A stretch of 50,362 nt of DNA, filler included, from an uncultured virus (IMG/VR IMGVR_UViG_2049941000_000870) (5 parts of one record of this genome joined end to end with filler, not necessarily neighbours in it), one strand, 5' to 3'; counted from the first letter of the whole stretch, positions 18,348 to 32,283 are shown. The notes: generated by a model from the sequence alone, not told the origin. Numbers and translations: made by a program.

Positions 18348-19895
18348 TCAAGCCGTATATTGACTGGTCAGATTGAAAAAACCACCGTTTGCATATGTCT
18401 CGATGTCGTCGAAACTCCTGCACTCGCCCAGTTTCATATGGCGCTCCCATGCCGCGCTGTCCCCCCTGTTGACGAACACGTCGGACTCGACACTCGGCTC
18501 GAACGGAACCCCGACAAGCGAACCGTCCCTGAATGTCGGTGAAACCAGTATGTCCTTTTTGTTCTGGACGTTGACCGAATACCGCCCGATGACGACCCTT
18601 GAGGTGACAGGCGCCCCGTCAACGAACGTGTGTATGTCGCGTGTCGCCTCCAGTGTTGAAAACGGACACGTGCAATATCGGTATTGCGACGGGCATCCAT
18701 TCGTGTATGTCCCGAAATCACCGTTCTGGATTATCTCGGTTATCTCCGACACATCCCCAGCGAACGGATATGTCTCCGTATAGGTCACGCCATGGGAATC
18801 CGCGCTGTTGTATTCATATCCGCTGTAATAGTACCGAGTGTTCCCTGCCGAGTCCGTCACGGTGTCCGAAAGCACCGCCTTGAGGTTTGCCCCGACAATA
18901 TATGTGAATGTCACGGCCATCCCGTCCAGGTCAGCCTCAATCGAAGTCAGGACATTCCCGTATGCGTTCAGGTTCGTCTCCCACTCGCCGACAGTTCCAA
19001 CCCTTGTCTCCCCATCTTTTATCGTTATGTTTCCCGAACCCTGGTTCTGCCCNNNNNNNNNNNNNNNNNNNNNNNNNNNNNNNNNNNNNNNNNNNNNNNN
19101 NNNNNNNNNNNNNNNNNNNNNNNNNNNNNATGCCCTCGGTCCATTCGCCGTCCTGGCACGTGCACACCCACGTCCTGCCATTGTATATCACAATGTCCCC
19201 TCCGACATATCTCCTTCCTGGTTCCCACGGGTCGAGATATGTTGACAGCACGCCGAGGTCCTCCGAGGAGGAGACAAACGACACCCCTATATCGAATTTC
19301 TCCGCGTACGGGGCTGCATACTCCTCCAGTATCATGTCTGCAATGAGACCCATTTCCAGACTCTTGTCGCGGTAATACCCGCGCATCAGGTCTCCGCCTA
19401 TCCTGGCATACCTGTCGAGGAGGCACTCAAGTTCGCAGTTGACCTCGCCCATGTCGCGCTTCATCGCCTCGTATGCGGCACACATGTCGGAAATCGCGCA
19501 GTATTCGGAATAAATCCTGGCCGACTCCCCGTAATAGCCGTATTCTGGCACAAGGTCGCACACTGACAGGTCCACGCCTTCTGGCAGGTTCGGGTCGTCC
19601 CATATCTGGTACCTGCCTATGCAGGTGTCCATGAAAAACAGGAACGGGTCGTCCTTGTCAAGCGTGTCCCTGTACCTGTAATATTCATTCATNNNNNNNN
19701 NNTTCCTTCCTCGTCATATTCTGGGAGCTTAAGCCCGCATGCGACTTTGCCATAACACCCGTTCTGTGCGTCCTTTGCCGAACGAAGCCTGGTAACCCCG
19801 TCGTCCCCGTATTCGAACCACGGAAAAAGCCCTGGAATCCTCGAAACGAGGTCCTCGGCACCGTATCTCATCTGTATTATGTTAGCACTGTCCAT
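18348..19895 (-). CDS. Probable virion structural protein with a CBM5/12-like motif (gapped)
   Basis: Three in-strand pieces from MDSANIIQ; contains WEPGRRYVGGDIVIYNGRTWVC; lies in the structural block. Confidence 0.6.
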
Positions 19896-19897
19896 TT

Positions 19898-21678
19898 TCA
19901 GTCGTTGAACGCCACCCTGGCCTCATATAGGTTTATGTTTATCGTCTCGCCAAACCCGACTGTCCCGTACCGCTCTGGGTCCAGGTAATACACATGCCTC
20001 CTGTTTGGTTTGTCGTACACATGTTTCAGTTTTATATAGGAATATTTGTTGTATTTGGCTGGCCCGTACTGTGTGCCTGCGGCTGACCAGTCGGCTGCAA
20101 TTTCGCTGTTCGTCTTGAACCCGAACCCACCTCCGTCCCTGAACGGCGCCATCATCGGAACAACCCTTCCGTATCCAGCGTGGTTGAACTCGACCTTCAT
20201 GTAAATGTCGGACGGAAGGGGAGACTCGTCGCCGTCAGTCCATAAGTATAGGTTGAAGCCTTCGCAATTCACACCAGACAGCGCTGGGTCCGTTACCGTC
20301 ATTCTGGAACTTAACCTGTATTCCTCGATTGTCTCGTCAGAAAGCCCAGCCGTGATGCCGAGCCTGTCCATGAGCCTGTCCTCGTCGACCTCCCTTCCAA
20401 CCCTTGCACCTGTGAGAATGTCACCTCCGAGGTTCCTGTATATGTCGGCCGACGCGCTGTTCATATACCTGGAATACAGCCTGCNNNNNNNNNNATATGG
20501 ACGGTCGAATACGCGATAAGGTTCTGGCTGCCTGGCGTGTCCGAGTCATAGAAAGCCAGCCTGAGGAATGACCTTTTCAGTTTGTTCTTCTGGTATTTCA
20601 CATCGGAATCTGAAAATCCAGCATATGCGAGAAGGTCGGCCTGGTTCGACTTTTCTGCGAAGGAGTAGTAGTTCTGGCCCTCCGCACCGCTTCCGTGCGC
20701 CACGAAGTTCCATGTGTCACCGTTCTCGACAAGCCAGTCATCCCCGCTGTGTGTCCTGAAGTGGAGGTTGAAGTTTATCGCCCTGGCCAGCCCGAACGTA
20801 CCGTCCGTATTCACAAATGCGGGTTTGTACAGCATACGTTCCATGTCCCTGCTTGCGTTTATGCTCTCAGCCACCTTCCTGGCGACAAAACCGTTCCTGA
20901 CAGCCTCGTCCCTGCCCAGGCATATGTCCGCGCTTTCCTGTATCGGCACGCTTACGGAGACAAGCGGTCTCTCAACCACAAGTTCTGGGTTCTCGCGACC
21001 TGGCTCCGACACGGAGTCATGCCACATGGTCTGGGTTCTCCTGACAGTTATCGCGGACAAATCACCGTAAATCGGAACACCGTGGTCTGGCGCCAAACCG
21101 TCCCATTCTGGGAACATAGCCAAAAGCAAACCTTCTGCGTTATATACCGACTGGTCCAGCCTCCACCTCACCGTGTAGTTGTCAATAGCCTCGAGATATG
21201 TCATCCACACATATGAGACATTGTTGAAATACACATATATGAAACTGTCCTTGTTCGGGTTTGATTCACCATCATCTGTTTGTGTTTCAAGCAGATGCGG
21301 AGTTTCAAAGGTAAACTTAAGATAGACAATGCCGTCCTCGTCCGTCTCCATGTCGGCATATTCGCATTGAAGCCACTTGTATTTCGGAACCTTTACAGTG
21401 AATGAATTGGCCGCGGTGTCGGCTGACGACACAATGTATTCCACTGTCTCCGTGTCAACTTCATAGTCGTCCGTTTCCGCATTGTACAGCACATGTGAAA
21501 GGGTTGCCAACACCTTGTCCCCTTCGGCGACTCCGATTCCGCCTGGACATGACAGTGTTGCGAACATGTTACCGTTGTCTGGCTGTCCGCCGCTGAAAAG
21601 CGCGACATCGTCATAGACCAGCTGGACCATGTCGTTACCTATTTTTGTGTTGTTCAGAAAATATCTCAGTGTCAGCAT
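19898..21678 (-). CDS. Probable virion structural protein (gapped)
   Basis: ORF-track pieces 20461-21678 and 19898-20464 are separated only by a short N gap; acidic and beta-rich. Confidence 0.65.
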
Positions 21679-24600
21679 ATTGCAAAAGTGTCGTCTTTAT
21701 ATAAGTCAACAAGTTCATCCTGTATCTGCGATATCGGGTCGCACATGCACTGCGTGTCGGCGGTCTCACCTGAAGCGGTTTCGGCGTGCCTGGCCGTCTG
21801 GTCGTTCAACAGGTTGCATCCGTACGGGTCCTGCCTTCTGACAAACAGGTTGAATACCTTGTCGATGTAAAGGTGCCCGTTGGCAAACGGAAACTCTTCA
21901 AGGCCGTCGGTCTGGTTGTCTGTGTCCCAAATGTCCGTCTGGTTCCTCCACAGATATGTGTTGGACTTAACCCTGGCTGCATATCCTGGTATGCCAGTGT
22001 TCAGGACATTGAGCGCATATTGCCCGTTACCGAGGCCTTCGCATATGTCGTGCCATGACACATATGGCGATGTGCCGTGCGGAACGGTCTCCATGACAAA
22101 TTCCGTTGAATTCTGCACGGACACGACGTTCAAGGTCCACTCCCTGGACCATGTCGGGTCCGACTTGTCCCTCAACACCACCTTCTCGCCTCCGAACAGC
22201 CCGTGTCCAAGGGATGTCCTTACGGATATGAATATCCCGTCCGACTGGACTGGTGCGGCCGACTGTGGCACANNNNNNNNNNTGTATCCGCTTGGCACAC
22301 CAGTTGCATAACAACCGTTGTTTGATGAGAATGTGACTGTACCGTTACCACCTAAAGCATCTTTCCATACACCACTGACACTTTTTCCTGTAGGAACAAC
22401 AAAAGCTGTATATCTACCAAATCCAGTAGCTGTCCCCTCCGCACCAGCCGTAACACTAGTTGGTGTGGAAGTGTATGTCCCCTGGTTGTAGTTTGAAATT
22501 GGAACCCGAAGGTCGTTGATATTATTGCTTGACTTCCAATAATAAGTGGTTTNNNNNNNNNNGAGCTGCTCCTGCTCGGCTTGTAGTAGTAATATACATC
22601 CGCGTCCGTCTCTGGATTGAATATCGCCTGTCTTACTGTACCGTATGTGTTGTTTGCCATGTCTGTTTGCCTNNNNNNNNNNNNNNNNNNNNNNNNNNNN
22701 NNNNNNNNNNNNNNNNTTAATTAATTAANNNNNNNNNNNNNNNNNNNNNNNNNNNNNNNNNNNNNNNNNNNNGGCCCTGTTGGACCCCTGTACAACACTC
22801 CCGAACCCCTTGATTGGAATTCTCATGTGCGGTTTGTATATATACCCCTCGTTTTTGCGAGAGGCGCCTGCAACAGTGTATTTCTCGCAATTGAAACCTG
22901 TGTAGTCGTAGTCGTCCGACACAATCTCGTCGAAACTGAACGGGAACCTGTCGTCCGCATCCGACATGTCGTACTCGCGCTGTGCGGTGTTGAACCTGAA
23001 GAACATGTCGGCCAGAACCGTCTCACTGCATATGTGCCCGAATTGCGTCTGCCNNNNNNNNNNAACTCGCAAACATCACCGTACCACCAGTCGTCCGATA
23101 TGGTGATGTCGGAAAGGCCTCCGACACCAGCCCTGTCGCCAGCATATGCGTTGCAAATCATGTGCGCGTCGGACAGGTCCAGTCTCCAGTCCTTCAGGAA
23201 CCTTGTGTCCGAACACATTCCGAATATGTCGAACCCGCATGTCACTGGCCCGAAACAATGTGAAAACTCAACATTTTCATTGCCGAAATCAGAGTCTTCG
23301 TACCATTCGGGACGACCTTTGTTCGTCTTCAGTATTGTAAGGTATATTTCACTGAGCGGCCTGCCAAGATTGTCGGCAAGTCCGTCTATATCAACACTGT
23401 CCGTAAACACCGTCTGCGCTATCTCGTCTCCGTATACGGTCCTGGCATATGCGAGCCTGTACCTTTCCTCATTGAACGGGCTGTCGACAATCGGCTCGTC
23501 CTGGCCTGTGCCGTATTTCATATTGGGGATTCTCCTGAATTTCCTTACATAGTACGTTGAATCGGAACTTCCGTCAGTCTTCGCAAACCTGAACCTGATA
23601 TAGTCGCTCCAGAGCGTTCCAGATGTTCCAGACGCTGGTCCAGACCCGTCCCCCTCGTCCCTGAAGGCATTGTTCACTATGTTTCGGACAAACCTGTCCG
23701 CGTCGTACGCCGATGTATGGAACGGCATTCCAGTGTCATGGTTGTAAAGCTCGTATATGCTTCCACCGACCTTTATGTACGCGTCGAAACCGCTTGGTAT
23801 GTCCTCAAGCCCTGGGTCGTATTCGTTGAGTTCGGCATCCTCGAACCTGGAGAACCTGTCCTGGCTGAACCCGACACCCTCAACGTCGCATATCCACACC
23901 TCGCCACCGTTGGACACCAGATTCTGCGGATAATACCTCCTTGACGGGTCGTCCTGTTCTATGCTATTCAAATCCAATATATTATAGAAATAGGTCTTTA
24001 CATAGTCCCATCTTGAAGCATCGCTTGTGTTCGGAACGAATATGTATTCCAGAAGGCTTGTGTCCGATATTTGGAAAAAATACTCCTGGTTGTTGTTNNN
24101 NNNNNNNCAAGCCCGCTTACAATGAAAGGGGTTCCGATACACTCCCAGCCGCCTTCCCCGTCCTCTTTGTTGAAGTACAGCCTGACCTTGTCCCCGACTT
24201 CCAGGTTGTGCCTTACAGCGCATCTGAACATGACGGCATTCCTGGTGTTCGGAAGAACCACATACCTGGCGTCAAGTACGGCCAGTGCGTTGCATCCGTT
24301 GTCCTGCACAAGTTTTATGTCCTTTGTCTCGGTGTTTCCAGATGCATCAGTCTCATCATATGAGACCGCGCTGTCAAACGGATAGGTCAGCGTCCATTCC
24401 CAGTTGTATTCCAGCCTGTTCCTGAACTTGTTGTATTTCGGGGCCATTGAGAACAGGGTCCTGTCTGGGTACATGTCCACAAACTCACAGTTCCCTTTGT
24501 CGTTGAGCGCCCTGCTTATGTCCATGTCGGCGCCAGAAACGTCTTTCGACGGTATGACCGACGTGTTCACAAACCCGAACCACCCATCCTCCTCGCGAAG

Positions 24601-25266
24601 GTTGTCGGATACGGAGGCGCTGTCGATGACTGAAAGCACGTTGTCCATATCATACAGGTGTTTGTCCAGCATTGCGGTGTCGGAAACCTCGAGCCTTCGG
24701 CATCTCCTGACGTTGTTCCCGTCGCTGTACCTCATCAAATCCTCTATCGTGTTGAACACCCTGCGGGCCTCTGAAGTGTGGATTTTCGGCCTGTTTACAA
24801 TCCTGTATGTCCTGTTCCTCAATATATGGTTGTTGAATATGTCAAGCCCTGGATGGTATGTGTACCCGACCGAATCCTTTGAGTATTCGGTGTCCCTGAC
24901 CATTTCATACGGCCCGACCGATGTCGTTGGCCCGTCAATCCTGGACTTGTCGGACTGTGTCAGGGAGGCTGTCCTTGTTCCGTCGACAACCTCAACATCT
25001 GGCGAGCCTTCGTTCCTGACAATCTCCGTGCATGTATTGAAAAGCACGTTTGTACAGAATGGTTGCACAGTGGCTATCACCCTGTATCTGGTGCACGCGG
25101 CACGTTCCTTTTGGAATTGTTCATTCAAGTCCACAACAGCTTTGAAATCAGTTTCATACATATGACTTTCACTGCTGTCAATATTGAACCTGAACGACTT
25201 GTCGTCGTTCCTGGCCTCCTCAGATACAGCCTTTCCCCTCAATATGCGTATGGTGTCGTCGTACAT
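21672..25266 (-). CDS. Large probable virion/tail protein (several gaps; 22283-22672 is unrelated displaced sequence)
   Basis: Starts MYDDTIRIL; pieces 24108-25266, 23064-24097, 22773-23053 and 21672-22272 read as one protein; TATTTATA upstream. Confidence 0.6.
22563..22660 (-). CDS. N-terminal fragment of another probable structural gene (displaced)
   Basis: MANNTYGTVRQAIFNPETDADVYYYYKPSRSS on a tiny contig. Confidence 0.45.
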
Positions 25267-25270
25267 TGCC

Positions 25271-25278
25271 TATAAATA
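25271..25278 (-). promoter_or_regulatory. Putative late promoter motif (sense TATTTATA)
   Basis: + strand TATAAATA 4 bp upstream of the 25266 start. Confidence 0.6.
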
Positions 25279-25302
25279 TTTGAAACAGCCTGTTTTGGGA
25301 TG

Positions 25303-28300
25303 TTATTGTTGCTCTGTTACGGTAACGGTGCCGTTTTCGTTGGTTATCGTCCCGACACATCTTCTTTCTACGCCTATGGAGTCGGAAGTCCATACCATAT
25401 ACCATGTCGGAAGTTCGGATGCGCCTCCGAAATCGTTTGGATTGAACCCTGGAATCCTGTCGACCTGCACTCTGAGAGCCTGCCCGCTGGTCACGTAGTC
25501 AGGCCTTCCAGCAAGCTGGTCTGTTACGGTTATGTTCACTATGGAACAGTATTCGGAGTCGGTCGGGTCTACAGTGTATGACACAACTGTCGTAACCGAA
25601 CCGTCGCTTTCCCCGTATTTGAATGACAGGTCGAAGTTATCAGCAACCAAATACTTGAAGTCTGTTATGTCGCAGCCTGGCCTTATATAGTCAGACTGAC
25701 CTGCGACTGGCCTCCTGAGCAGGTACAGCGTGTACCCGTTCTGGGTGCCGCCCCAGTTCGAGAAATTGTGGACGGAAATCATGTGGGCCATCTCGATTAC
25801 TGGCGAGAAAGCTAGTGTGCCAGATGTGATGTCCTCAGCCACCACAAACATCGGGTTGGCTTTGCCGCTCTCCTGCGGTGCGAACCTGTAGGCTGGCGAG
25901 CTGTTCCTATTCTCCAATGTGTCGATTGTATACACATGCCCACCGTGGTTCTGGAAATCATACCCTGGCTGGAACATGGCGTTCATTGCCCCAGTGCCGC
26001 CGCTGTCCGTGAAACTCCACTCCTGTGTGGACTGGTCCTGCACTGCATAGTCTGTCGGGTGGTTTGTACCGTCGTATCTGAAAACATGGTATTTCACACC
26101 TGTGGGAAACGACCTGCTGAACGACATCGGAATCGACAACTCTGGTATCGTTGCGTTCGAAAGGTCTATTGCCGATGTGTTGTATGTGTAGTCGCACACG
26201 ATTGGAGCCTCATATCCTGGCCCGTATCCGTCTGAAAGCGAAAGAACCCTGTTCCTTGGAATTGTGAAATACTGGTATTCTATCGGGTTGTCATCCGCGT
26301 CCAGATATTCGGGCGATACCTGGTATTTTCCATAAATGTCTGAACCGTTGTACATCAACCTCCTTATATCACACCTCTGATACCCTTCGGTCTGGCCAGT
26401 TGAGGATATCGCCACCAATCCGACCATGCCATCAAGCTTGGCGGTTACTGTGGGCATGCCGTTCATCGCGCATGATATGACAAGCGCATCGGCTGACACT
26501 GGCGCCAGGTTGTGCGACCCGTATTTGGGCATCGCATTGAAGAGGCTGACAACCCTGGTTAGCCTGGCATACAACGGACTGTCGAAGAAATGCACCCCCA
26601 GCATTGCGTTCGTTATCGGGTTTGACTTGTTGGCCCCGAAATTGTCAACCATCCTTGCCGTCGCCATCGGGCCGACTGAACTTGAACCTCCAGGTATGGC
26701 TATACCCAGTGAGTTCCTTATCGCCACGTAATACGGTATCTTTTCAACTGACTGTAATCCAGATTGTGATGAATACGGTGTATATGTGTCTGACTGACTG
26801 TTATATACAAGCGTCGGAAGCGCAAACGTGACAACATTGGTCTCGAGGTTTTGGTCGAACACAACCCTCGGGTTGTTCGGGTTTATGATTGGCTGTCCGC
26901 TCGGATTTGTCTGGTCAAAGACATCCCTGAAGCCCGACACCTCGTTCCCGCCAGCCATAAGGTATTCAATCGGGGTTGCGGTTGAACGGTATGACACCGA
27001 TATCTGCGTATTGTTGTAGCCTGTCCTGAACGACCCTTCGACCATCTTGGCAAACTCTGACCTGGCTTCGACTATGTTGTTGACCATATCCATTGCCTGC
27101 GAAACAGAATACATTGTAGGACCCTGCAGGTCGGAGAAGCCCTCCTCGTATGACAAGCTTCCGACAGGGTGTTCAGTGCATGCGAGTGTCCGTATGCCGT
27201 CCACCGTGCAGAAATACCGCGCCGCCTTGTATCCGTCGACGTGCATGAAAGCCTCCACTGTAACATCGGATATGACAGTGTCAGTCCATGTGTCGGACTC
27301 GGCGTCATATTCGTTGTATATGACTGAACGCCCGCCTTCAAGCCCAGAGCGCACGGAATCCCATTCGTCAGCTGGAATGCAGTACATCTCGTTCCATGAG
27401 TACGGGGTTGAACAGTCCGCACCTTCAACCATATGCGGAGCCCCGTTTCCGTCATATTCATATGAAAGGGCGTCCCCTATGGCCATAAGCGCCTCCATGG
27501 AGTCCGCGTCGGTAACCGCCCTGACTGGCTCGGCCGTTCCAGACGCAGCATTGTAGTACATGCCTATGTTGTCCAGGTCGTCCCATCCGTATATGTCGGA
27601 AGCGTCGAATGTCGGACCGCTGGGCGGGTTGAGCAAGCCTGGACTCCAGCCAGTCCTGAACGACTTCAGGATATCGGAATCTATACCGTTGACATACATC
27701 TTGAAATCCCCGTCGCGGACAACGACTGTCCATGAAGTGGTATTTGATGTTGTAACTATTTGGTTGTCATTATCTTCTGAATCATAGCACAACTCTGTTA
27801 CGGTAATAATGTATTTCTGGTTCCCGTATGGAACCCAGATCGGAAGAGCGGTTCAGCAGGAATGCCGAGACCGATATNNNNNNNNNNNNNNNNNNNNNNN
27901 NNNNNNNNNNNNNNNNNNNNNNNNNNNNNNNNNNNNNNNNNNNNNNNNNNNNNNNNNNNNNNNNNNNNNNNNNNNNNNNNNNNNNNNNNNNNNNNNNNNN
28001 NNNNNNNNNNNNNNNNNNNNNNNNNNNNNNNNNNNNNNNNNNNNNNNNNNNNNNNNNNNNNNNNNNNNNNNNNNNNNNNNNNNNNNNNNNNNNNNNNNNN
28101 NNNNNNNNNNNNNNNNNNNNNNNNNNNNNNNNNNNNNNNNNNNNNNNNNNNNNNNNNNNNNNNNNNNNNNNNNNNNNNNNNNNNNNNNNNNNNNNNNNNN
28201 NNNNNNNNNNNNNNNNNNNNNNNNNNNNNNNNNNNNNNNNNNNNNNNNNNNNNNNNNNNNNNNNNNNNNNNNNNNNNNNCACCAGTCGCATCCTCATACA

Positions 28301-31300
28301 GCCTTGCGTGCACATATCCTGGTAGTTCTGACTGGTCGGCGACGGTTCCTATATAGAATTCATGCACACCCATATTCTCGACATGGTAGCTCTCCAGACT
28401 GTTGTCCGCATTTGTGATTGAAATCGAGTATGCAGGCTGGGCGTTGAAGCTGAATGAGATTCTGCCGTCCAAAGTACCTTGAGGGCAGACTGAGTTGGCT
28501 GTTGCGCCTATCTCGTATTTCTGCGGCAGTTTCGCGTCGTTCGTGCAGTCTGAATAGTACAACGTGTAGAACGAGTCTATGGCTGTCTTGCCCTCGTTCA
28601 AGCCGAAATAGAAGTAGAACGAGTTTTCGTATCTCGGCATCCTGTCCGCCGAGCGTATGCTCTGGCGGGCGTTGGCTGGCCCGACCTTGCCGATGCTGGC
28701 GTCATGGTCATAATAATACAGCCTGTTCCCGTCAGCCTTCTGGTAGTTTCCGAACCTGAAGTTCAGATATGAGTCGCTTGACTTCTCCAGGTTGTGGTTC
28801 CCGATATAGTTGGCCCTTTGGGTGTAATTGCTTATCTCGGTCCATCCTTCCGTAGTGGAAGGGGATTTCATAAGTTCNNNNNNNNNNGTCCGTCCCGTCG
28901 TTTCCTAGATACCCGTCACCGCTGCCAGTCACATTCTGCCCGAGCACTGTGGCCTGCGGCGCGGTATACAGCATATGCCCGTCGCCGTCGCTGAAGAACG
29001 ACACTGAGGCTGGCTCTATCGACACCGTGCAGTTTTCAATGCTGGCCTGCCCTATCTTCACATACCCGCCTATCAGCCTGTTCACGCTTCCGTCAGGACG
29101 GACTATCGGGTCTTGGTGGGTATCTTTGAAACTGGCTATCTCCTGGAACATAGGACCCCAGTCGTAACTCCCGTCTTGGTTCAGGTGCTGGAATGTCTCG
29201 TCAAGCTCACTGTTCTTGAGCGTGAAGTCCGTGACATCCGAAACCGCGTTTATCTGCGGCGGCAGAACCGACACGGTCTCGTGAAGCTCCTCGTCGTCAC
29301 CTGTCTGTATCACAATATTGTACGTCCCGTTGGAAAGGAACGNNNNNNNNNNACACCGTCGAAGTTGTCCACATAAAGGTGGTTGAAATCGTATTCGGTG
29401 AGCCCTGTTGAGTAATTCAACTTGGTTCTCAGGAGGTTTGCGTTCAACGTGGCGAACATGCTCCTGTAGTCCATGTCGTATATCTCATCGTAACTGATGA
29501 ACCCGTCTGGGGTCAGCGTGCTGTACATGCTGTCGTCTGGATTGTCTGGGTTCGCCGAAAGCGACTGCGTAGACAGTATCTCCTGCGACTCGTCGAGCGA
29601 CACCCCAAACTCACATATCCTGGACAGGTTGATACACGACTTCGGTTTTGTGAATGCATTGAAACACGTCAGACCGTAGAACAGGCCTCCGTTGTCGTAT
29701 ATGTTCTCGTTGGTCTCGTAATCCACATGCATAGCCGTGGCTGGCAGTATGACGCCTGGCACTGGGACATATCCGCCGTTCAACGGCCTCATTGCTGTCT
29801 GGTCAACCCCGAGGTTCCCCCAGTCGGCTCCAGTGTACTCGGTCTCCCTTGTGGACTCGTCGATGAACTGGCTGTCCCTATCCTCCTGGTAGTCCGAGAT
29901 GTCCGTCTTGTATTCATACACGTCAGTCATAAGGTCTGGCGGCATGTTGTATGTGGTGCTCTCAAGGGCCTTGAAAAATTGCGGAACCCNNNNNNNNNNG
30001 GAACCCCGTGTATGTCACAGTCGGACAGGCTTCCGAGAAGCACTATGTCCGTGGCAAATAGTGTTATCAGGTCGCTGGTGTATTTCGCGTTGTACTCGCA
30101 CGGCTTGTAGTAGTACACAAGGTCGCCGAGCATGGTCTCGCGCTCCTGCATCAGGCCGCTGCGCATCGGCATGTAGGACCTTGCATATTTGTCGCACCTG
30201 TATCCGTAGCAGTTCCTTTCCTCGTAGCTGTTGAATTTAACCGCCTCGATTCCAGTCTCATCGTCCGCACGGCTGTGCTCGACATCCACCGTGTCCCACG
30301 AGTCCTCTATAGGCTTTATGGTCTCACCCATGGGTGTGCTGGCGTTCCTGTCGAACTCCATCTTCATGGTACACGTGTCGTACACCTTCAACTGCCTCCT
30401 GTCGGCGGAGGCGCGTATCCAGCTTGTGTCGGCCGAGCACCACTGGTCCTTTGCCTTGAACCTGATTCCGAAGAACCTGCGCTTCGGTTTTATCTTCCTG
30501 TACCAGAGCGGGAAATACAACACACCGTTAATCCAGTCGTTGTAGAAGTTGAATGACGTAACCTCGTTGTCCTGCGCCAGCTCGTTCTCAACGCAGTTGT
30601 AAAGTGCGGCCACGTCTGTGTTGCAATTGTCCACGGCGCCGATTTTTATATGTTCGTTGACATCGTCGAATATCTCGGACAATTTTTTTATTGTACCTGG
30701 CGTAGCACTTATCTCGTCGCCGTTTTCATCCTCGCNNNNNNNNNNTTCCCCAGAAAGACCCTAAAGACCTTATCTTGAAGAACCTTGTTATCGCCAGGAA
30801 CCCCTGCGCAATCTTGAACAGCCCGTAGTTTACCAGCGATATCATCCTGTTCACACCGCCGACCAGCGTAACCAGTATCTTTATGAGCGCGCACATGAAC
30901 CTGTATGTGAAGTTCATCCTGATTCTCAGGTTGTTGAACGGCATCGGGTTGTGCCCGCCTGGGTGGTTGACCGTCTTTATCCCCAAGTGCCTCAAGTTGT
31001 TCGGGAGGTTGCTCTTCTGTATCCTGGGTATGTAGCTTTTCACCGTGTAGACATTGTTCCACATCAAGTCCCTGAAGTTCTCGTCCTTCGTGTTTGTCCC
31101 GAACTCATAGTCTGGTTTCCTGTCCTTCCAGAATGAGGGGTAGTCCTCTTCGATAAGGTGCGGGTTGTTCGGAACCAGATACCTGGCCCTCTTCCTGGCC
31201 GTACCGTCGTTAGGCGACTCGGACATGGATATCCTGAACCTGACCCTGGCCCTTGTCGGTATGCCTTTCTCTGGGTTGTCGCTCAGCACTGTGTTGCCGT

Positions 31301-32283
31301 ATTCATCGGTCATAACATAGTCCAGGTTCATTGGAATTTGGTAGCACCACACACCGNNNNNNNNNNGAGAATTCCTCAACATTCCCGTCGAAGGTTTTGC
31401 GAATCATCTCGATTTTCCCCTCGCCAGTCATCATCTCGGACATCTTCCCCTGGTTCTTGGCGCCCACACACTTCTTGCTCATCGAGTTCTCCCCAGTGTC
31501 CGATATGACGCCTCCCATGAACACACAGGTCGGTTTGAAGGTGTAGTTCACCGATATGTCGTGTCTGGTTATTGCGGCGTTCGTCTGGGTGTCGGTCGTG
31601 TCGCCCCAGAACGGGTACACGTACACGGAGCTGTCCTGCGACTTTATCTGGACCAGCGAACCCAAGTTGGCACCTCCCTTGAACTTGTTCGGGTTCTCGA
31701 ACATTCCAGCGCTGTAACCCTGTGCCATCATGTCCCTCGGCTTCTGCGACAGGGGACCTATGTCTGAAAGGTCCACATCCATGTGCACGGTCTGCTGGCC
31801 AGTAGGCACGCCGTATATCATGTAGTCGCCAGACGCGTTTGTCCTGGTCGTGTACCTGTAGTATTTGTCGAATATGTCAATCCAGGCGTCCTCGTCAAGC
31901 ATCATGCGCTTGTTTGGGAACGTGCCCACGGTCTGGTGGCAGTCGTCGTCGGATTCCGAAGGCAGAAGGTTGTACCTGACACCGTTTCCGTCGACGGACC
32001 TGGCAGACGAATATGGATACAATAGCTTTTTCTCCAGGTCGTCGGTGTCTTCGTAGTGCACGAACACGGAAACCCTGGCGTTCGGTATTCCGAACCCGTT
32101 GTTAGCCAGCACCCTGCCAGTTATCACGCCCTTGTCCGAAGACATGAGCCTGTATGCGTTAACCTGGTTTATTTTCAATGACAGTATTTCGTAAGTCTCT
32201 ATACTGCTGTCAATTGCAAAGCTGATAACTGGCGTTCCGTCATTAACGCCTGTCCGTATCCTGTATGTCCTGTTTCTTTTCAC
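25303..32283 (-). CDS. Very large (probably >2000 aa) baseplate/tail-associated protein, broken by gaps
   Basis: Successive minus-strand pieces each open to their gap edges; N-terminal GRVLANNGFGIPNARVSVF...TRTNASGDYMIYGVPTGQQTV resembles carboxypeptidase-regulatory/Ig-like folds; downstream of baseplate genes. The single-gene join is inferred. Confidence 0.55.
27837..27875 (+). other. Illumina paired-end adapter contamination
   Basis: AGATCGGAAGAGCGGTTCAGCAGGAATGCCGAGACCGAT at a contig end. Confidence 0.97.

Noticed and set aside
27837..27877. GATC-containing coding sequence ending ORF 27798-28871
   Set aside because: Illumina adapter.
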